Assembly: GCA_963761305.1 (NCBI GenBank)
Contig: CAVXGK010000002.1
Span: forward strand, 3,355,431 to 3,419,430
DNA from: an uncultured Gemmatimonadaceae bacterium
Lineage (GTDB): Bacteria; Gemmatimonadota; Gemmatimonadetes; Gemmatimonadales; Gemmatimonadaceae
Direction: 5' to 3'
DNA: 64,000 bases
Shown here: piece by piece, positions 1-10,678 of the stretch
Layout of the letters: every line of letters starts with the position of its first letter
How positions within the stretch are numbered: the stretch's first letter is position 1
Notes under the pieces: generated by a model
Database searches by the model: none
What the model saw: only the letters and a program-made list of their open reading frames with translations
Told to the model about the DNA's origin: nothing
Translations under genes and position numbers: made by a program

Positions 1-202
1 CTTCACCTGTCAACGGGACAGCGCGGTTACGGTGAAGGCAGCGCGCCGGGGAGCTGGATCCAGCGGCCAGTGCCAAGATTGCCAACCTGACTAACCGGCT
101 GTTGCTGAAGTCTCGCTAGAAGCGCGCCCAAGGCCGCGTGCGCGGCTGGCTTCAAGGGGAACTTCGGGACGGCTCCGGTGATGCTGGCCACCTGATTGGA
201 GG

Positions 203-481
203 TTAGCGTCGGGTACCTTGCTCGCAGATGCCGAAGAAGTGCAAGCCCGCCGCAAGCATCTCGGGCGTCGCCGTTCGCCGACTAAGCACCACGAGATCCG
301 GTTGTTGCGCGTGACCAGAGCGCATCGCCAGGCCGCCGGCCGCCGACGATGGAAATGCATCGACGATTGCGACCACTACGGGGCCGGACGCAGCGGTACT
401 CTGGGAACTCAAGCGATGCGTGTTGCCGATTGTCATCAAGCTCAATGCAGCGATCAGGGCTGCGGCTCTCGCGTGCAGCAT
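203..481 (-). CDS. hypothetical secreted protein (possibly extends further 3' via a frameshift)
   Basis: Signal-peptide-like N-terminus MLHARAAALIAALSLMTIG; co-oriented with the upstream lipoprotein. Confidence 0.4.
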   Translation of the reverse strand: MLHARAAALIAALSLMTIGNTHRLSSQSTAASGPVVVAIVDAFPSSAAGGLAMRSGHAQQPDLVVLSRRTATPEMLAAGLHFFGICEQGTRR

Positions 482-514
482 GAGTCGATACCTCCGGGTG
501 AAATGGTAGAAGTG

Positions 515-1257
515 TTATTCTGCGAATTCTTGACACGAATAGTCATCCGAGCCGACGAAGTTGCCCTCGTCGTCGTAGTAGTCGATCCACGTGCACTCCA
601 CCCAATCACCACCATCCTCGTAGCCGTCGGATCCTCCCTGCTGTGTGCATGCGTTCTGTGAAAAATTGTTCGAGCTGGACGTGGTCTGATCGCCCCACGA
701 CGTACTGCCCCAGCTGTGCCACACGTGCCCGCTGCCCGAACCGTTGGCCGTGTACCGCAATCTCCGCTAACGCCGAGAGTGGCACTCGCCGAAAGGGAGT
801 TCGACCACGGGAAAAAATCACTCTCCGAGGCCGAATTGCTCTGAGACCCGACTGCGGAGTTATTGAACACCAAGCTGAGGTTCGCCGTTGTTGACCCGTT
901 GTTGGCGAAATAGCTCATGCTGGTCGTCGAATACGCCCCCGGCCCAGTTGCGATACCGACATCCAGATAGAACGAACTGATCGATGGTGCTTCGTCGAAT
1001 TCCGATGGCGGAGTATCATTCGCCTGCGCGCCGCTCGAGGGCAGTTGTGGCCTGTTCAGACCTGCACTTGCGCCAGTCCCCCCGTGCTGGGCGGCGACAA
1101 CAGTCGCCGATCGCGTTGGGTTACGGTCGAACACGCCCAGTGGCACGGTTACCCGAAGGTCGGTCGGTGCCGTTGTCGGCGGAGCGGTGGCTTCACCGCA
1201 GCCAATCAAGAGCAGAACTGACGCACCACACACGAAACCGCGAGAAATCGAACGCAT
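515..1257 (-). CDS. lipoprotein, hypothetical (frameshift near 760)
   Basis: Lipobox LLIGC after the signal peptide in ORF 454..1257; the protein-like acidic/Cys C-terminus (..DWVECTWIDYYDDEGNFVGSDDYSCQEFAE) lies in ORF 515..760. Confidence 0.6.
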
Positions 1258-1299
1258 TGCGCCTCCTAGAGTTGAAGGGTTGTGGCCACTGGGGCACCG

Positions 1300-2625
1300 C
1301 TAGTCAGTCGGGGCCCTAGTGCAATCGAGGTGATAGCGAACTATCAAACTCTGAACGACCGGCCCTGTGCCTGTGCGATCGACGATGGGGCCGGCCAGCA
1401 GAAAATCGGTGACGGAGATGCGAGCAGCGATGACTGGTCCTTCAAACGGGTTCGCGGTCGCGCCAATCATCTCAACCCCGGAAGAGTCGCGTTGATACAT
1501 GCGTAGCTGGAACGTCGGAGGCGATAGAGAGACATGGGCCGCTATCCAAATCGGACCCAAATCCGACAAGACGACCTGACTCAACTCACTGACGCTGGAG
1601 TCGATGACGATACTCTGAACCTCCGCAGCGGAATCGCGCCCGACGAATGCGCGCGCCTCCCAACGTGTACTCCCCTGGGTAGAGACGGGCGAAATCCAGC
1701 CAGCGACAAGTTGATCGCCCCACCGATCCAGGTGTGGCCGATGCACCGGCGACGTGGAGCCCTTAACGAGTCGGTGAAACACGTTCCAGCTCGGCGGGCG
1801 ATCATACAAAAAGAGACTGTTGTTGTCGCTGCCTACCGCCGTCGCCGCGCGGACCACCGCTAGCCGGAGAGTCCCGTTGAGTCCCGGTGCGACGCTGGTA
1901 TAGGCAACAGACGCCGCGTGGACGGAATCGCGTTGCCAGGACCCGGTGCGGCCGCGGAAAACAATGACATTGCTCGATGATGGATCTCGTAAGACTGGAA
2001 CGGCGAACGACAGCTCATCTCCGATGCGCACCAACTCAGAGGTGGCACTCGACTGGATCCGGCCAGGGCCCGCAGGGGGCAGCGTCTCTAGAGCGTGCCA
2101 ACCAAACTGGTCGACGACTCCATGCCACAGACGAACCACCGGCGGCGGATCGGGGTGCCGCGGTCCCGCGGCCAGTTCGGAGAAGACAACGTCCCACTCA
2201 CGCCCGTTCGACAACGCGCGTACGTCCGCATAGGACGACACGCCGGGCGGCGGCGCAATCACAATCGCCGGCATGCCTGGTTTCAGAACGACCCCAAAGA
2301 GGCTGTCTGTCGAGGAAACCCACGCTCCGTTGCCACGCGACTTGGACCAGACATAAGTCGGCTCTCCCACAACCAAGACGCGACCATCTGGCACCGGCGA
2401 CACTGCTTGTGGCTCGACGTAAATGGCCTGTCCAGTCTCGGTCAGGGAAAGCGCTTGGCGAGATTGCTCCGCGACAGTACATGCCCGAACCCGTGAGTCC
2501 GTCGCTGAGGCCGCGGCGATCATCAATGGGAAAGCAAAGCATAGAAGGGCGAACCCCGCACGCCATCGCACGTTTCCATCAGCTATTGGCATTGTGTTTT
2601 GGATTGAGTGATCAACAATCGGCAA
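1300..2625 (-). CDS. secreted hypothetical protein, beta-rich/propeller-like
   Basis: 441-aa ORF with hydrophobic signal segment and repeated short beta-strand/Trp motifs. Confidence 0.6.
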   Translation of the reverse strand: MPIVDHSIQNTMPIADGNVRWRAGFALLCFAFPLMIAAASATDSRVRACTVAEQSRQALSLTETGQAIYVEPQAVSPVPDGRVLVVGEPTYVWSKSRGNGAWVSSTDSLFGVVLKPGMPAIVIAPPPGVSSYADVRALSNGREWDVVFSELAAGPRHPDPPPVVRLWHGVVDQFGWHALETLPPAGPGRIQSSATSELVRIGDELSFAVPVLRDPSSSNVIVFRGRTGSWQRDSVHAASVAYTSVAPGLNGTLRLAVVRAATAVGSDNNSLFLYDRPPSWNVFHRLVKGSTSPVHRPHLDRWGDQLVAGWISPVSTQGSTRWEARAFVGRDSAAEVQSIVIDSSVSELSQVVLSDLGPIWIAAHVSLSPPTFQLRMYQRDSSGVEMIGATANPFEGPVIAARISVTDFLLAGPIVDRTGTGPVVQSLIVRYHLDCTRAPTD

Positions 2626-2668
2626 TCTGTGATTCTAAATGTGCACCGCCGAGTCGCCGAACCGGGTC

Positions 2669-3157
2669 TCATCTAATCAGGCGATGCCGATGGGCCGGTG
2701 CCCGCCGCTGCTTGCAAGACCAAACCAGAACTGCGGACAGTGCTTCTGCGATGCCACCAACGCCGATCTTCTTGAACAGGTGCCGACGATGAGTGTGGGC
2801 AGTGTGAACGCTCAGGCCCATGCGCGCCGCAATGGCCTTCTCCCGTGGATCTGCGGCCGCCAAGTCGAGATACTCGGCTTCTCTCGGAGAGAGCCGCAAA
2901 ACGGTTACCAGCTCGACCCATTCGTCGCTGGTCAAACTGCCTTGCAACCTCTCTGGCCTCGCCCATGCGTGCCCGAGGAGGGCGACTTTCGTGGGCGTTG
3001 TCGCAGGTTGAATGCACAACCGACGCTGGAGATGCGGAAGACTCATCTGACTTATCGAAGAAGGGATGTCACAAGGCATCTGGTAGCGCGCTGGAATCCA
3101 TCTCTGGGGCCGGCAGCCGTTACTCGTCGAGCGCCGCGTGCAAGTTGATGGCGGCAA
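2669..3157 (-). CDS. LuxR-type HTH transcriptional regulator (true start probably downstream of 3157)
   Basis: LSPREAEYLDL...EKAIAARMGLSVHTAHTHRRHLFKKIGV matches the LuxR/GerE HTH. Confidence 0.75.
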   Translation of the reverse strand: MPPSTCTRRSTSNGCRPQRWIPARYQMPCDIPSSISQMSLPHLQRRLCIQPATTPTKVALLGHAWARPERLQGSLTSDEWVELVTVLRLSPREAEYLDLAAADPREKAIAARMGLSVHTAHTHRRHLFKKIGVGGIAEALSAVLVWSCKQRRAPAHRHRLIR

Positions 3158-3200
3158 GAGGAGAGGCCCTTACGTGACGTCTAGTGACCTTATGCCGTGG

Positions 3201-3818
3201 CTACCGAGCTAGTCTCTTGCGGCTCGAAATCGGCACCACCTCAGGTGAGACCCAAGCCAGCCGATAGCCGCGCCGCCGAACGGCGAGGAGTACGTTCGGA
3301 AGGCCGATGGCGCACAGCCGGCGTCGTAGTCCGCGCATGTAGGCTGAAAGGCGCCTCTCGCCGTCCGCCGCCGGCATATCGTCTCAGGGCCAAGCGTGGG
3401 CAATCAGTTCCGCGGGCGACACAGGTGTTCCGTCACCGGCAAGAAGGGCGCTCAAGAGGCGGACTTCCACTTGCGACAGCTCCAGTCGGCGCTCTGCCGA
3501 AACGACGCCCCGCGCCCAATCGATCCAAGTCCGCGTGCCGTCCACCTTCGAAGCCGACGCGTCGTCTACTAGGAGGAGGCATCGGATCGCAAGCGATCCA
3601 TCAGGGGTTGAGATGGTGCATCGAGTCACACCGCCGTCAACTGAGAAGAGCAGCGCGGTGACATCACGGCGGCGTTGTGCCACGATAGTCACGTGGCTAT
3701 TCAGGCGCAGCTCGCCCTCGACAGCGGGTACGCGGCCGCGGCGTTCGACATCGCGAGAGCGCTGTCTCAAGGCAGCGCCGCGCGACATGTCTACTCGCTT
3801 CTTTCGAAAGCGCGCCAT
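3201..3818 (-). pseudogene. OmpR/PhoB-type winged-helix DNA-binding protein with in-frame TGA at 3384-3386
   Basis: LSQVEVRLLSALL..ELIAHAWP* continues in the same frame as DDMPAADGERRLSAYMRGLRRRL..VRRRGYRL (Trans_reg_C signature) to TAG at 3201. Confidence 0.7.
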
Positions 3819-3864
3819 GCGGCGAAACTATGCCTCGCCGGGCGCCGCCAGCCTTACTCTGCGT

Positions 3865-4719
3865 TCAGGCGAGCAGGCTTGAGTCTGCGTTCGCGGCGAG
3901 TCCAAGGCGCCGTTTCAGGGCGGCCACGACGCACTGCACGCCGCCGGACGTTCGCACATCACTGGCGCGTAAACCGCAATAACGCTTCATCGTATTCCGA
4001 AACGATACATCCGAGGCGAAGGAAAGTTCGCGAGCAATCGTCTCGATGGTACAACCCGTGGTCTCAAGAAAATGAGCGGCGAGTGCCAGGCGGGCCCACG
4101 TCAAGAACTCCTCGGGGCCGATCGACCACGCTTGCTTGCACCGATTAAAGATTGTGCCACGAGTCACTCCCGCGCTATCGGCCAACTGGGAAACTGTGGC
4201 GGCACGATCGGGCCGATAAAGTGAGATCTCAAGCATCGAGTGTAGCGACGCCGGGACGATCGGGCTCAATGCCCGCGTCACGTTCTCGGCCGCGCAGTGG
4301 TGCCGAGCAGCCTCCAGCACCGCTCTCAGTGCGACACCAGAATCGTCGATCCCGGCGAAGAGAAATTGGTGAACTCCGGCACCCGCAAGCGCTCGGATGT
4401 CTGCAGAGTATTGCGAACCCGCGTTGCAGTAGGCCACGATCGCGACACGGGCTCGATGCGCAACGATCTCGCGCACCGTGTCGAGCGCATCGCTCCCGGT
4501 GGAGTCGCGCATTGCCAACACGATGCAGTCCACTGGCTGAAGCCGCGCTCTTAACAACGCTCTCAGTGCAGTAAAGTTGTCGACGCTCTCCAGCGTCGCG
4601 CGGCCGCGAATTGCGTCAACGATGCGAGCCCTGTCGCGAGGAAGCAGGGCACAGGCGATGACAGTCCGGCTTGCTGGCGCAACGCGGGCGACGGAGAGTA
4701 AGGCGCCATTACCTGCCAT
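3865..4719 (-). CDS. AraC-family transcriptional regulator with receiver-like N-terminus
   Basis: C-terminal double HTH: TVSQLADSAGVTRGTI...LARLALAAHFLE..TIETIARELSFASDVSFRNTMKRYCGLRASDVR. Confidence 0.8.
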   Translation of the reverse strand: MAGNGALLSVARVAPASRTVIACALLPRDRARIVDAIRGRATLESVDNFTALRALLRARLQPVDCIVLAMRDSTGSDALDTVREIVAHRARVAIVAYCNAGSQYSADIRALAGAGVHQFLFAGIDDSGVALRAVLEAARHHCAAENVTRALSPIVPASLHSMLEISLYRPDRAATVSQLADSAGVTRGTIFNRCKQAWSIGPEEFLTWARLALAAHFLETTGCTIETIARELSFASDVSFRNTMKRYCGLRASDVRTSGGVQCVVAALKRRLGLAANADSSLLA

Positions 4720-4777
4720 AACGCATCGCCTGGTTCGCGAACGATATGAATAGCGCTCCCCATTCACGGAGTGCACA

Positions 4778-4984
4778 ATGAGTTCGCGCAATCCAGGCTA
4801 TCGCCTCGCCATCGCTACTGTCGCGGTCGTCCTCCTTGCCGGCTGCGATCAGACGATTGCCGCACCTCGTACGGTCGGCGCCACAGCGCGCCCCGCTGCT
4901 CCAATGCCCGACGACATTCAGGGCGATACGACGGAGTGTCGATCCGGGTTCGTTGTAGTAGACGGCCGGTACGTCTGCAGCTAG
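4778..4984 (+). CDS. small lipoprotein/peptide (68 aa)
   Basis: Lipobox LLAGC; C-terminal CRSGFVVVDGRYVC Cys pair. Confidence 0.7.
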   Translation: MSSRNPGYRLAIATVAVVLLAGCDQTIAAPRTVGATARPAAPMPDDIQGDTTECRSGFVVVDGRYVCS

Positions 4985-4998
4985 CGACATGGCATCGA

Positions 4999-6334
4999 CT
5001 ACTCGGAGCCGGCAGCAAGCATGACATGTCTTGGAAGCCGGCTCGGTTCCATGCTCGTCACCTGCTCCGCGATGCTGGCGCCGCGATCCGCCAGTGATGC
5101 CGGCCCTCGCGACTCGCCCGTTCGGCCCAGATCGCGGAGTTCATCGGCCTTATAGGAGATTTCATAAAACTTATGTTTCAACCCAAGGGCGAGAGCGGCC
5201 TGCCGAAATCGTTCCGCTTGTCGCGGCTCGCCCAGGGAGATGAGGGCCGTCGAGCACTCCAGCAAAGCGGACGCGAGAGCATACTTCGGCACAGACGTGC
5301 GAGCGCATCGAGCCACCTGTCGGGTCGCCCAGCGGGCGGTCGTCTCCTGACCGGTGGCCGCGCCAGTGCGCGCCAGTCCGCCAAGAGCCGGGAGAACAAT
5401 GCGCGCGGGAAGTTCGCGAGAGACGACGGTCGCGAACGCCGCGCGCGCCGCGACTGCGTGTCCTGCGCGGGCGCATACCTCTCCGAGATTCTGGAGAACC
5501 TCACCCTCATCGATGACGTTTCCGCGAGACCTGCGGTAAACAGTCCATCCATGTGTCAACGCGTCGTCAAAGCGATGCTGCGCGGCGGCAGCGATCATTA
5601 AACCATTCCGGCCCTGGCGCCCGAGGCGCGCCATGCCTGCCCGATCAGCCAGTCGTACGGCACGCCACGCCTGCCGTTCCATCTCGGGATAGTTGCCTCT
5701 GACTTGCGCCAATGCTACGAAGCCAATGAGAGCTCTCAGTACAATTTCAGGATCGTGGATCTCACGACCGATCGAAGCCAACGCGGCGGTACGTGGCGTG
5801 CGCTTCGTCGACTTGACCCATCATCCAATCGACGCGGGCGCGCCGTGCCTCGATGCGCGCTGTCTCGCGCGGGGTAAGCTTGCTATCGGCGTCCACGAGA
5901 GCCCCAAGGGTCGTCGAGGCAAGGTGCATGGCGCCGTGTTGCACCATCTCTTCCGTCACAAGGATGACGGCGGCCAATGACAGGCTGCCTCTGGAATGCC
6001 ACTCCCTTGCGACAAAGGCTCGTGCGGCGGCCACACCGACCAAGCGCTGAGAGATCTGCCTCGCACGACCGATCAGCGAGCGACGAGTTCTTGTCCTCGT
6101 CAGCATTGCATGCTCGAGAACGGAGGCAACGACCAACCATTCCGCCGGGCTTCCCGCGAACGGGTCAAGTCCGTCGGCCAAGTCAGCGCGATACGCAGCG
6201 GCGGCGGGCTGGACGAATCGCGTCGCAACCTGAGACTCTCTTGTCGAGGTCATGTTATCGATTGCAGCGCCCAGGCTGTTGAAGAATGTCGTCTGCGAGG
6301 CGGGCCGGGCCGTCATCGGCCGTCGGTACTCCAC
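4999..6334 (-). CDS. TPR-like helical repeat protein (frameshift near 5770)
   Basis: ORFs 5762..6334 and 4999..5781 join; TPR-like segments EGEVLQNLGEVCARAGH, GQVDEAHATY. Confidence 0.65.
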
Positions 6335-6643
6335 TTTATGCAGGTGCGCAGCAATCTATGCATTCTTCGATGCCGTTGACTCGCGAGTGCTGTCTCTGGG
6401 GAGAGGAGCCGAGCGAGACGGCGGACGACGCAACACCACGTAGTCCGAAACCGAAGCGGAACACTTGCCGAGTTACAAGCCCAAAGAGTATGTGCTTGCT
6501 AACGAAGTGTCAAACACGACGCGTTTGTCGCCAGGCCTACCACCGGGGAGCGTGAGTTCACAAGTACGGCCGTTATCGTTAAGAGATTCTTGTGGTACAC
6601 TCGCAAAATCGTAAGGCGGCCATTGTCGCGGGCGACGGAGACT

Positions 6644-6934
6644 CTACGAATGGTGCTTGAGCCAACGCCCAAGCGCAAAGGCGCCGACGCCGACGAGGCC
6701 GATGATTGCTCCCCACAGCAAGCCAATCAGCGCCCACGGCAGGACATCGAAGAACGGTGCTCCGCCCCCCGTGCCTATGGCCGCGACGATCGCGCCACTG
6801 AGGCCGCCGCCGAGCGTGGCGCCGACGACGAGGTGCACTTGGGTGTGCCCAGGCCGTCGACCCGCGGCATAGAACCCGACGAAGGGCAGCGCGAAGCCAA
6901 GAATGGATTGAAGGATCCGAATAACCGCTGCCAT
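6644..6934 (-). CDS. small membrane protein
   Basis: About three Gly-rich hydrophobic helices; GGAGGGA RBS just upstream. Confidence 0.65.
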   Translation of the reverse strand: MAAVIRILQSILGFALPFVGFYAAGRRPGHTQVHLVVGATLGGGLSGAIVAAIGTGGGAPFFDVLPWALIGLLWGAIIGLVGVGAFALGRWLKHHS

Positions 6935-7299
6935 GCGAGTCCCTCCCTAGGACAGTTCGCGCGGTGTAACGAATTGGCGAAGCTGCAAGCGATTCAAATA
7001 GGAAGCGCGGCGGCAGGCCGCGCAACAACGCCAGGCACCGTGATGGGCAGAGAGCCACGGCCCACTATCTGCCGGCTGCGTCCGTCCCCATTGGCGGTCA
7101 GCCGTGGCCGGCGACCGTCAGCCATCCAGCCGAGTGGCAAGAAAGGCCTGGCGAGCGTCGCCGCCCGCCAGGCCTCGTAGTTCACGTCCGAGCCGGGATC
7201 ACGCCCAGCTCATCACGCCGGCGAGAACCAGCGTGCACGACAACGAAACCGGTGAACAGTTGCGCGTAGGAGTACATAGGTAGAAGTACCTCAGTTGGT

Positions 7300-7472
7300 G
7301 AGGGAACCTATTTCGGCGCCGATCCCACGGCGTTGAGCGCAACGTACGACGTGTCGCCGGACGGACACAGCTTCCTCGTCGCCGGGAGATCGGGGAGGGC
7401 GGCGACGAGATTGTCGTGTGGACCGGTTGGCTTCAGGAGCTCGAAGCGCAATTCGCGGCGCGCCATCCCTGA
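7300..7472 (+). pseudogene. orphan C-terminal remnant of a TolB/PD40-type Ser/Thr kinase
   Basis: TYDVSPDGHSFLV, then in another frame EIVVWTGWLQELEAQF; resembles the typical C-terminus of kinase-PD40 proteins; no N-terminal part seen. Confidence 0.45.
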
Positions 7473-7548
7473 ACAGCGGCCACGATGCGCAAACTCCCGA
7501 ACGGCGCGAAGTTAGGGAGTTCGCGTTGTTCGGGGCTCTTCCGGAACG

Positions 7549-8547
7549 TCAGCGCGACGCCACCGTGATGGTCAGGGCGTTGTTCTGCGCATTCGAATCC
7601 GTCTGCGGAGACGTGAACGCGATGCTGGCCGAGGTCACGATCTGTTGCGCCGTGCCCGGCGCTGTGACCGTGAGCGAGATCGTCGAGCTCTGCCCGTTCA
7701 GGTTCGAATGATCGGGGATCTGGCACGTGACCGTCTGGCCGACCGCGCTGCAGTTCGTCCCCAACGACGTCGTGTAGCCTACGTACGCCACGTTCGCTGT
7801 AGGACATCAGTGAACGTGACGGCGCCGAACGTACCCCACGGGCTGGCGTTCTTGATCTGGTAGTTGTACGTGTAGTGGGCGCCCACAACGGGCGAGTCCG
7901 TGCTGGCCGAGCCCGAGATCTGCTCGTCGGTCGTCGCGGGGGCGGCAATGTTCGAGTCGTGGAGCAGCGTCTCGTTGAGAACGCCCTTCTGCAGCCCGGT
8001 GAGGGGTCGTTGTACAACGAGTATGTGATGTAGTTGACCGGGCCCCCGCTGATCGGGCGGAGCGTGACCGTACCGCTGACCGTCGCACCCGGCGCGAGCG
8101 TCACGCCTGATCGGCGTGCACCACGCGCCAAATTTGCCGACGGAGGAATTTCGTCAACTCGCCGGCGCATCCGGGGGCCGAGCGAGATGAGCGTGGGGTC
8201 CGAGGGTGGCAGCTGCTCCCGCAGTAGTCGCCCCAGTTGCTGCCCAGCGTGACACCGGAGATCGTGAGGGTCGACGAGTTGTTGTGCGCCGACCATGTGT
8301 AGGTGCTGTTGACGCCCGCCGTATCCTGTCGAGTGGAAGACGACATCGTCGCCGTGATGTATCCGTCCGGCGAGGTCTTCGACGCGAGCACCACGAGTGA
8401 TGCCGGCGACGGAGGCGTCGCGGCTTCGGAGATTTTGCCGATAGCGTTCCGGGTGCTCGAGTCGACAGTGTCGCTGGCTGCGCACGCGATGGCACCAAGC
8501 GCGATGGCCGCGGTGAAGAGCGTTTTCGCAAATCGCATCTGACGCAT
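7549..8547 (-). CDS. DUF11-repeat (Ig-like) lipoprotein, multiple frameshifts
   Basis: Lipobox ALGAIAC; DUF11-like motifs YTWSAHNN, VTCQIPD..LNGQSSTISLTVTAP, DSNAQNN. Confidence 0.65.
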
Positions 8548-8734
8548 CTCGAGGCTGCGGGTGAGTTGGGATTTCGGCGCGTTCGCGGCAAGACACGTCG
8601 GCCGTTTCTCGAGTTCCCGAAAAGATTTCGAGCGATCCCGGAGCGATCTCGATCACGTCTCATCGACTCCGATTCGGCCTGGCGTTCCCGCGCAGGCCAT
8701 TTCGTCGTTCCTTATCGAAAGGTGAGGCGAGCGG

Positions 8735-10678
8735 GTGGGACTCCGAGCGGCCTGGTCTTCGACGACGCTGGCTCGACGACCGCCGCCACTCGTGGCCCGG
8801 AAAGTGTCGCATCTCAGCCCGAGCGGCAGCGAAACAAACGCGGCGACAGCGCCGTCATCTGTATTCAGCTTCTTGAAAGCGATGCGGGCTATGGAGACGA
8901 ACAACGGCGGCTCCCAGCGTGAGATCGACCATGCTCGACCGCGGATTTCAGCGGACGGGGCACTTGGTCGACCGACCACGACAGGTGCGACGAAAAAAGT
9001 CGGGCGCGAGGTTCCGCTCGGCTCGTTCTTCGAAGTAGCACCGCTCACCTTTCGCATCCGCAGAACGGGGGCGCGGCTGCGTGACGCGCTCAAGAGGCTC
9101 TTGCCTTGGGTCAAGCCCGCGTCTGCATCATTGGAGGCCGTCACCGATCTCGCTGGCGGCATCCACGAGATGACGAAGGCGACGAACTCGTGGTTCGAGC
9201 GGGAAGTCGGCGCGCTCGAGACCGACGCCCGGTCGCTTGCCGAGGACTGGGCCGCCAAGGGACTGCCGCGTCACGACGTCGCGCGAACGGCACCGCTCGA
9301 GGTCGAACAGTTTCTCGCCGGCCGGTGTGCCGAGACGTTTCGCCAATGGACCGACCGCGTTCGCGTCACGATGCGCGACCGGATCGCGCGAGAAGCCGAG
9401 TCGATCGGCGACAGGCTCCTCGAGCTGCGGGGGGCGACGACGCGCATCGAACGACTCGAATCAGAGATCGCTGGAGTCGATCGCAGGGTCCAGACACTTC
9501 GGACCGAATCGAGCGAAGCCGCGGCGCAAGTCGGATTCGAGCCGATCTTTCCGAGCTGGTCGTTCTTCTGGTTCTTCGCCGTCGCGCTGACCGTCGTCGA
9601 GTTCTTCGCCAACTTCCCGGTCTTTCGCCTGCTGCTGCCGATGAAGCCCGCGCTCGCGAAGGCCGCGGAAGATGCGGTGCAGGACGCCATCAGCGCGGAC
9701 TGGTGGGCCGGCTTGGCGCTACAGATGAAGGAAGTCGTGCTGCACGCTGACGCGCTGTTCGTCGCGCTCATCGCCGTCCTCTTTCTCGTGTTGTTCGGCA
9801 AGACGATGGGAGGATCCGGGCGCGTCCTCGTCACGCTCAGACCCAAGGATCAGCCGCTCGCCGCGGCGACCATTCGGAGCATTCGTCGACAACACCTGAC
9901 CGCGTTGCTCGTCTCCCTGCTCGGCGTCGCCGCCGTGCTGACCTTCTTGTACCTGTCGCGCGGCAGCATCGCGTCGGTGGCCGCGTCGCGCGTCAAAGCA
10001 GACAGCCTCGAGTTGCAACGGCTCAAAAGCGAAGCACTGCAAGTTGCGCCCGGAGATCTCGGTGGCATGGCGAGGTCTGCCGCGGCGATTCGCGACGAGA
10101 TGCGAACGCTCGAGATCCATCGCGACGATCGCGCCTACGCCACCACGGTGCAGAACAACAACACGCCGCTGTTCTTTCTCAATTTGGGGCTCGTCTTCGG
10201 CGCCGCTGTTCTGGGATTCCTGACATATCGCCAAATCACGAGCGAAGAACGAGGCAGGGGAGAGCATCCGGCGATCGCCGTGCTTCGCGCCGATCGGCGA
10301 CGCTTGCAGACCGACGCCCACTCGGCGATTAAATCGGGCCGCGCGGCGGAGACACAGGCGCGAGCGAGCATCTCACGCGTCGAGCACCTGATCACGGCGA
10401 GCCCGCTGGCCGAGTGGAGCGCGAAGGTGGATCGGTTGGAAGGCGTGATCCCGCTCTTCCGCGGCGAGAACGCGCGACTGCGCGGCATCGATCCGGCGAG
10501 CATTCTCACGTTTGCCGGAAAGCCGCCGCTGTCGCTGCCGATCGTCGAGGCGGAGCGCGGCTTTCCCGAGCCCACGGACTTCGCGACGCTGAAAGAGGAA
10601 TTCGGCGTTACTCGCCACGACTTTGGGACAGCCGTGGCGCGAATTCCGATCAACCCGAGCGACTCGAGCTCCGTGTGA
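8735..10678 (+). CDS. hypothetical multi-pass membrane protein with coiled coils
   Basis: 647-aa ORF with four hydrophobic segments flanked by helical coiled-coil regions; start uncertain. Confidence 0.75.
   Translation: MGLRAAWSSTTLARRPPPLVARKVSHLSPSGSETNAATAPSSVFSFLKAMRAMETNNGGSQREIDHARPRISADGALGRPTTTGATKKVGREVPLGSFFEVAPLTFRIRRTGARLRDALKRLLPWVKPASASLEAVTDLAGGIHEMTKATNSWFEREVGALETDARSLAEDWAAKGLPRHDVARTAPLEVEQFLAGRCAETFRQWTDRVRVTMRDRIAREAESIGDRLLELRGATTRIERLESEIAGVDRRVQTLRTESSEAAAQVGFEPIFPSWSFFWFFAVALTVVEFFANFPVFRLLLPMKPALAKAAEDAVQDAISADWWAGLALQMKEVVLHADALFVALIAVLFLVLFGKTMGGSGRVLVTLRPKDQPLAAATIRSIRRQHLTALLVSLLGVAAVLTFLYLSRGSIASVAASRVKADSLELQRLKSEALQVAPGDLGGMARSAAAIRDEMRTLEIHRDDRAYATTVQNNNTPLFFLNLGLVFGAAVLGFLTYRQITSEERGRGEHPAIAVLRADRRRLQTDAHSAIKSGRAAETQARASISRVEHLITASPLAEWSAKVDRLEGVIPLFRGENARLRGIDPASILTFAGKPPLSLPIVEAERGFPEPTDFATLKEEFGVTRHDFGTAVARIPINPSDSSSV

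Noticed and set aside
3384..3386. In-frame TGA (and TAG at 59751) as recoding or an alternative genetic code
   Set aside because: TGA and TAG terminate many intact genes here, and the position is not a catalytic Cys site. A point mutation or sequencing error is more likely.
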